NCBI GenBank assembly: GCA_964434115.1
Contig: CAYSSX010000006.1
Coordinates: forward strand, 140,106-204,105
Direction: 5' to 3'
Length of the DNA stretch: 64,000 bases
Source of the DNA: an uncultured bacterium
Lineage (GTDB): Bacteria; Omnitrophota; Omnitrophia; Omnitrophales; Aquincolibacteriaceae
Position numbers and translations under genes: made by a program. Position 1 is the stretch's first letter. Every line of letters starts with the position of its first letter. The notes under the pieces were generated by a model. The model was not told the DNA's origin. It made no database searches and saw only the letters and a program-made list of their open reading frames with translations. Positions 60,785 through 64,000 of this stretch are shown here, piece after piece.

Positions 60785-61243
60785 ATGGAGCGAGTGTTCA
60801 CAGGTCGTGCGACCCGGAAACGGATTTGGGAAGTGGATTGCGTGTCTCTCGACGGCGCGTTAGCGGCGTCTTTTGATTGGCGGGAGCTTATTAACATTCT
60901 ACAGGGGAACGGACACTCCTTTGATCTGATGAGAGAAGAAAGTCTGCTGGAATTTCAGGCGCAGTGCCTTATTCATGAATATTGTCATTCGGACAATGAA
61001 GTATCTCGCAAAATAGAAATCTTATTAAATGATTGGCACCAAAAAATGACCCGTCTTTTTGACCGCTGGACCGCTTCGGAAGCAGCCGAATATGTCCTTA
61101 CAGGAACCTGGACGAAAAAATCCCTCTATGCGGGGGTTTTTTGGGCTCTGGGAACTGAAGCCCGTTCCGGCTTCGACTGCATCCGCCGGCGTTTTCATCA
61201 GCGATTTCAGCTTTTATCGATCCGCAGAATCGAAAACAAGTAA
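60785..61243 (+). CDS. hypothetical protein (152 aa), no recognisable domain
   Basis: Good Shine-Dalgarno (GGGAGG) and a promoter/operator upstream. The sequence is Cys/His-containing (EYCHSDNE). Confidence 0.5.
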   Translation: MERVFTGRATRKRIWEVDCVSLDGALAASFDWRELINILQGNGHSFDLMREESLLEFQAQCLIHEYCHSDNEVSRKIEILLNDWHQKMTRLFDRWTASEAAEYVLTGTWTKKSLYAGVFWALGTEARSGFDCIRRRFHQRFQLLSIRRIENK

Positions 61244-61260
61244 TCCGGATCACTCTGTCC

Positions 61261-61290
61261 GGACAGCTGTCTTAAATCCGACAGCTGTCC
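61261..61290 (+). repeat. perfect 11-bp inverted repeat GGACAGCTGTC-N8-GACAGCTGTCC, nested with a second palindrome CTGTCCGGACAG
   Basis: Read directly from the sequence. It lies 18 nt after the stop of the 152-aa gene and is followed by a second hairpin CGGAAT-N6-ATTCCG at 61301-61318. There is no U-tract. Confidence 0.6.
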
Positions 61291-61431
61291 GAGTCTTAGG
61301 ACGGAATCGGCACATTCCGCGCTGAACAAAGCCCCGCGTAAACAAATTCCCTTTAAAAAGATATTGAAAAAATTGGCATGGATGTTGAAAAAGCATGCTT
61401 GGAATGAACGAATTCAAAAAAGGAGAACGTT

Positions 61432-61782
61432 ATGAACGCGAAACCACAACAGGCTTCTCAAAAAGGATTTCAACCGCCGGAGAAGAAAACGGGACCGGAA
61501 TACCGCTCCTCAGAAAAACAGACTGGGAAAGAGTACCAGCCGAATCAAGGCAGAACCGGTCAGGAATATAAGGCAAACCCGCAGCAAACGGGGCAGGAAT
61601 TCCAGAATCCGGCGAGAAAAACCGGGCAGGAGGTTAAACCCTCTTGCGAAAGCGGTGAGACCGGGACTTGTGATGCAGAGAAAAAAACTCCCGGCAGGCA
61701 AACCGTCCGCCCGGAAGGCGGTGACGAAGGGGACATGGCGCCCCCTGATGGCCGAGGAAATGCTGCGCGGGATGTCGCCTGA
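61432..61782 (+). CDS. small hydrophilic protein with five tandem 11-aa repeats ([KQR][KQR]TG[PKQ]E[YFV]xxxx)
   Basis: KKTGPEYRSSE / KQTGKEYQPNQ / GRTGQEYKANP / QQTGQEFQNPA / RKTGQEVKPSC are encoded by 33-nt tandem repeats. An AGGAGAA Shine-Dalgarno precedes the ATG. Confidence 0.5.
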   Translation: MNAKPQQASQKGFQPPEKKTGPEYRSSEKQTGKEYQPNQGRTGQEYKANPQQTGQEFQNPARKTGQEVKPSCESGETGTCDAEKKTPGRQTVRPEGGDEGDMAPPDGRGNAARDVA

Positions 61783-61891
61783 CTAAACGACCACTCTGCC
61801 CCGTGTGAGGGGCAGGGTTGGTTTCTTCCGAAGAAAGCCTTAAAAGACAATTCTTCACGTAAGCAGATTTTACTTTTGAGAGGAGAAAATC

Positions 61892-62125
61892 ATGGATCAC
61901 AAATCAAAGTTGCTTGGAATTTTTTTGATCTTGAGTGTGTGTTATTCCGGATGCCAGTTCTTGGGCGGGACAGCAACGGGTGCAGCCGCTGCTGGGACGG
62001 GCTATGAATTGCGTTCCCGTCAGCGTATGGAAAGAATCCAGCAGGACTTACGAGACGGTAAAATAGATCAGCGGGAATATGACATCCGCAAAGATGAAAT
62101 TCAGAAAGGGTCGCTTGCATATTAG
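61892..62125 (+). CDS. small putative lipoprotein (77 aa)
   Basis: MDHKSKLLGIFLILSVCYSGCQ signal with a lipobox. A GAGGAGAA Shine-Dalgarno lies upstream. Confidence 0.4.
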   Translation: MDHKSKLLGIFLILSVCYSGCQFLGGTATGAAAAGTGYELRSRQRMERIQQDLRDGKIDQREYDIRKDEIQKGSLAY

Positions 62126-62228
62126 TCAGGGGGTGGGCCGCCCCATAAAGTGAATCCGGTCTCTTAAAGGGCAGTCTTTTGGGGAAAGGGTTTGTCTTTA
62201 AGGGTGAAAAGCTTTAGATTAAAACAGT

Positions 62229-63173
62229 ATGGCTAAACACCGGACCCTTCATCAGCATTCTGAAAACGCGCGGCCTTTAAAAAAAACTTTGGGCAGCAAA
62301 AATTTCAAAGTGATGGCGGCTGTTTTTGGGCTAACAGCCGTTTTTATGCTGATCGAAGCGTGGGGCGGGTGGTATACGAACAGCCTTGCCCTGATTGCGG
62401 ATGCCGGGCATATGCTGACAGATACAGGATCCCTCGGGTTGGCTCTCTTAGCGATCTGGTTTTCTGAGCGCCCTGCCAATGCCCGGAAAACTTACGGCTA
62501 TCACCGTGTCGAAATTCTTGCCGCACTCGTCAATGCCGTGGTCCTTCTTTTGATCTCTTTTTTTATCCTCTATGAGGCATGGCAGCGTTTCCAGGCTCCC
62601 CACGAAATCAAAACCGGCCCCATGCTTGGGATCGCTGTCTTGGGGCTGGCGGTAAACTTGATCAGCATAAAACTGCTGGGCTCTCACCAGCATGAGAATC
62701 TTAATATCCGGGGGGCCTATCTGGAAGTAATGAGTGACATGCTCGCCTCCGCAGGAGTGATTGCTTCAAGCCTTTTAATCATGTTTACCGGCTGGCGGAT
62801 TGTGGATCCCGTGATGAGTGCAGCCATCGGGCTTTTCATTCTCCCGCGGACTTGGAATCTGCTCAACGAAGCCGTTCATATTCTTTTGGAAGGGACACCC
62901 GCGCACATTGACTTAGGCGCCGTGGATGAAGCGATCAAAAAAGTGGCCTTTGTCCAAGCTGTTCATGACCTTCATATTTGGACACTTGCGTCGGGTGTTG
63001 ACGCTATGAGTGCGCATATCACAATCACGGATTCCGGTGAAAGCAGCAAGGTTCTTGCCGAGTTGAAAAGAGTTCTGGAGAATCAGTTTGGCCTTTGTCA
63101 CACGACGATTCAGCTCGAAGCGGAGCGCTGTGAAGAGAAAAGCTGCGATTATCAAAAGCCGGATGAACCTTGA
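62229..63173 (+). CDS. cation diffusion facilitator (CzcD/ZitB-type Zn/Co/Cd efflux)
   Basis: Six TM helices with the HxxxD metal site in TM2/TM5 (ADAGHMLTD; LEVMSD) and a C-terminal cytoplasmic domain. Confidence 0.9.
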   Translation: MAKHRTLHQHSENARPLKKTLGSKNFKVMAAVFGLTAVFMLIEAWGGWYTNSLALIADAGHMLTDTGSLGLALLAIWFSERPANARKTYGYHRVEILAALVNAVVLLLISFFILYEAWQRFQAPHEIKTGPMLGIAVLGLAVNLISIKLLGSHQHENLNIRGAYLEVMSDMLASAGVIASSLLIMFTGWRIVDPVMSAAIGLFILPRTWNLLNEAVHILLEGTPAHIDLGAVDEAIKKVAFVQAVHDLHIWTLASGVDAMSAHITITDSGESSKVLAELKRVLENQFGLCHTTIQLEAERCEEKSCDYQKPDEP

Positions 63174-63210
63174 AAGCGGACTCTTGCTGCTTAGTGGAAT
63201 TTCGCAAAGG

Positions 63211-63861
63211 CTAAGTCCCGCGGATAGACCCGTTGTCTGAAAGGGATTTGTCCGCCCCGGATTCAGATTCAAAAGGAAACCCCGTGACATCAAGGCTTAT
63301 TTTCAGGGTTTCTCCCGTGATCATTGCAATAGGATTGAACCAGCTCCCGGTTCCCAAATCAAAATCCTTCCGGTGAATATACGTTTCCGTCCGGAAATGA
63401 AGAGTTTGTCCCTCGGTTATTTCCGCAGTGGGTGTTAAGAGTTCTGTCTCGAAGATCACCGGGACAGTCTTTCCGCGAATGGTGAGATCCCCATAAATTT
63501 TAAACTGTCCGTCCTGAATACTGCCAAAGGCCGTGCTCGTAAAAGTAATTTCCGGGAATTCCTCTGCCCAAAAAAAAGTTTTAGAACGTAAATCGTTGTC
63601 GCGTACTCCATTACCCGATTCGAGGCTCGTGGTTTGAATGACCAAGTTGACTTGAGAATCCTCGATATTTTGCAGGTCAAACTCGAAGCCGCCGGAAAAA
63701 TCCGAAAAGTGTCCTTCCACCGTTACAAGGCCTAAGTGTCTCAGCGTAAATGTGATCCTGCTTTGCTCATGACTGTAGTGATACTCGGCTGCCGGAAGGC
63801 GTGAGGCCAGGCATGTGGAAAAAATAAAGAAAACGGCGAGCCGGACAAAGTGTGTGCGCAT
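63211..63861 (-). CDS. YceI-like periplasmic protein
   Basis: Signal peptide plus the YceI beta-barrel signature (ITFTLRHLGLVTVEGHFSDFSGGFEFD). Confidence 0.8.
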   Translation of the reverse strand: MRTHFVRLAVFFIFSTCLASRLPAAEYHYSHEQSRITFTLRHLGLVTVEGHFSDFSGGFEFDLQNIEDSQVNLVIQTTSLESGNGVRDNDLRSKTFFWAEEFPEITFTSTAFGSIQDGQFKIYGDLTIRGKTVPVIFETELLTPTAEITEGQTLHFRTETYIHRKDFDLGTGSWFNPIAMITGETLKISLDVTGFPFESESGADKSLSDNGSIRGT

Positions 63862-64000
63862 GCTTTAAGTATAGCTGGCAAACAGGAATTGTCGTCATTC
63901 TTCGCGTCCCGGACACGCGGACACTTAGACCCCATGGCAAGTGTCTGAGGTGTCCGGAAAATGTCTGATTAGCCTGACACAAGTCCCGCGAGTTCATGCT

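Overview
This 64-kb window is a gene-dense chromosomal segment of about 50% GC in which nearly every gene is on the + strand, which looks like leading-strand core genome rather than an accessory island. I did not find a clear new multi-gene system; the most unusual elements are listed in the findings below.

Main blocks, left to right:
- A GST-like gene start (minus strand, runs out of the window) and a CBS-GGDEF diguanylate cyclase.
- ligA and xerD.
- A consensus sigma70 promoter and an atypical tRNA-Glu(CUC)-like gene directly in front of a long co-directional purine operon (purB-purC-purS-purQ-purL-purF-purM-purD-purE).
- The operon runs without gaps or terminators into a fused Sua5/YrdC-LMW phosphatase, rpiB, glyA and nrdR. 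This matches the Firmicutes-type ywlC-ywlE-rpiB-glyA synteny, with the first two genes fused.
- A SWIB-domain protein, a tRNA dihydrouridine synthase, and two overlapping coiled-coil envelope proteins.
- aroA, then the cell-shape cluster mreB-mreC-mreD-mrdA(PBP2)-rodA.
- tRNA-Pro, tatA, a DUF985 cupin, glpK and a PfkB-family kinase.
- A periplasmic Cu/Zn SOD on the minus strand, a DUF192 protein, a secreted SNase-like/MORN protein, an orphan double-receiver response regulator, fur, and a secreted EEP-family nuclease/phosphatase on the minus strand.
- An SDR, an RluA-family pseudouridine synthase, and a dTDP-rhamnose cluster (rfbB-rfbA-rfbD, no rfbC) followed by galE.
- tRNA-Arg(TCT) and a patatin-like phospholipase, both on the minus strand.
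- An RRM RNA-binding protein behind a long, hairpin-rich intergenic region.
- A 1065-aa membrane spermidine-synthase-like protein with a TPR tail.
- DedA, an RlpA-like protein, and a secreted protein with a pseudopilin-like C-terminus.
- A 7TM-PAS-PAS-PAS sensor with no output domain (minus strand).
- A redox/damage group: an RmlD-like reductase, an Atm1-type ABC exporter, a small lipoprotein, tag, glutathione peroxidase and a DipZ-like CcdA-thioredoxin fusion.
- A poorly characterised stretch at 59.4-62.1 kb: a desaturase-family membrane protein, a small TM peptide, a 152-aa hypothetical behind a palindromic operator, a tandem 11-aa-repeat protein and a small lipoprotein.
- czcD-type CDF transporter and yceI (minus strand).

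I found no CRISPR array, transposase, reverse transcriptase or phage gene, and no recognisable defence operon.

The most unusual items are: the tRNA-like gene and consensus promoter in the pur-operon leader; the Sua5-LMW phosphatase and other gene fusions; several structured intergenic RNA candidates (44.97-45.50 kb, 46.11-46.20 kb, 61.25-61.32 kb); perfect palindromic operator candidates; and the hypothetical cluster at 59.4-62.1 kb.

All calls come from reading the ORF translations and the nucleotide sequence by eye. No database searches or folding calculations were run.
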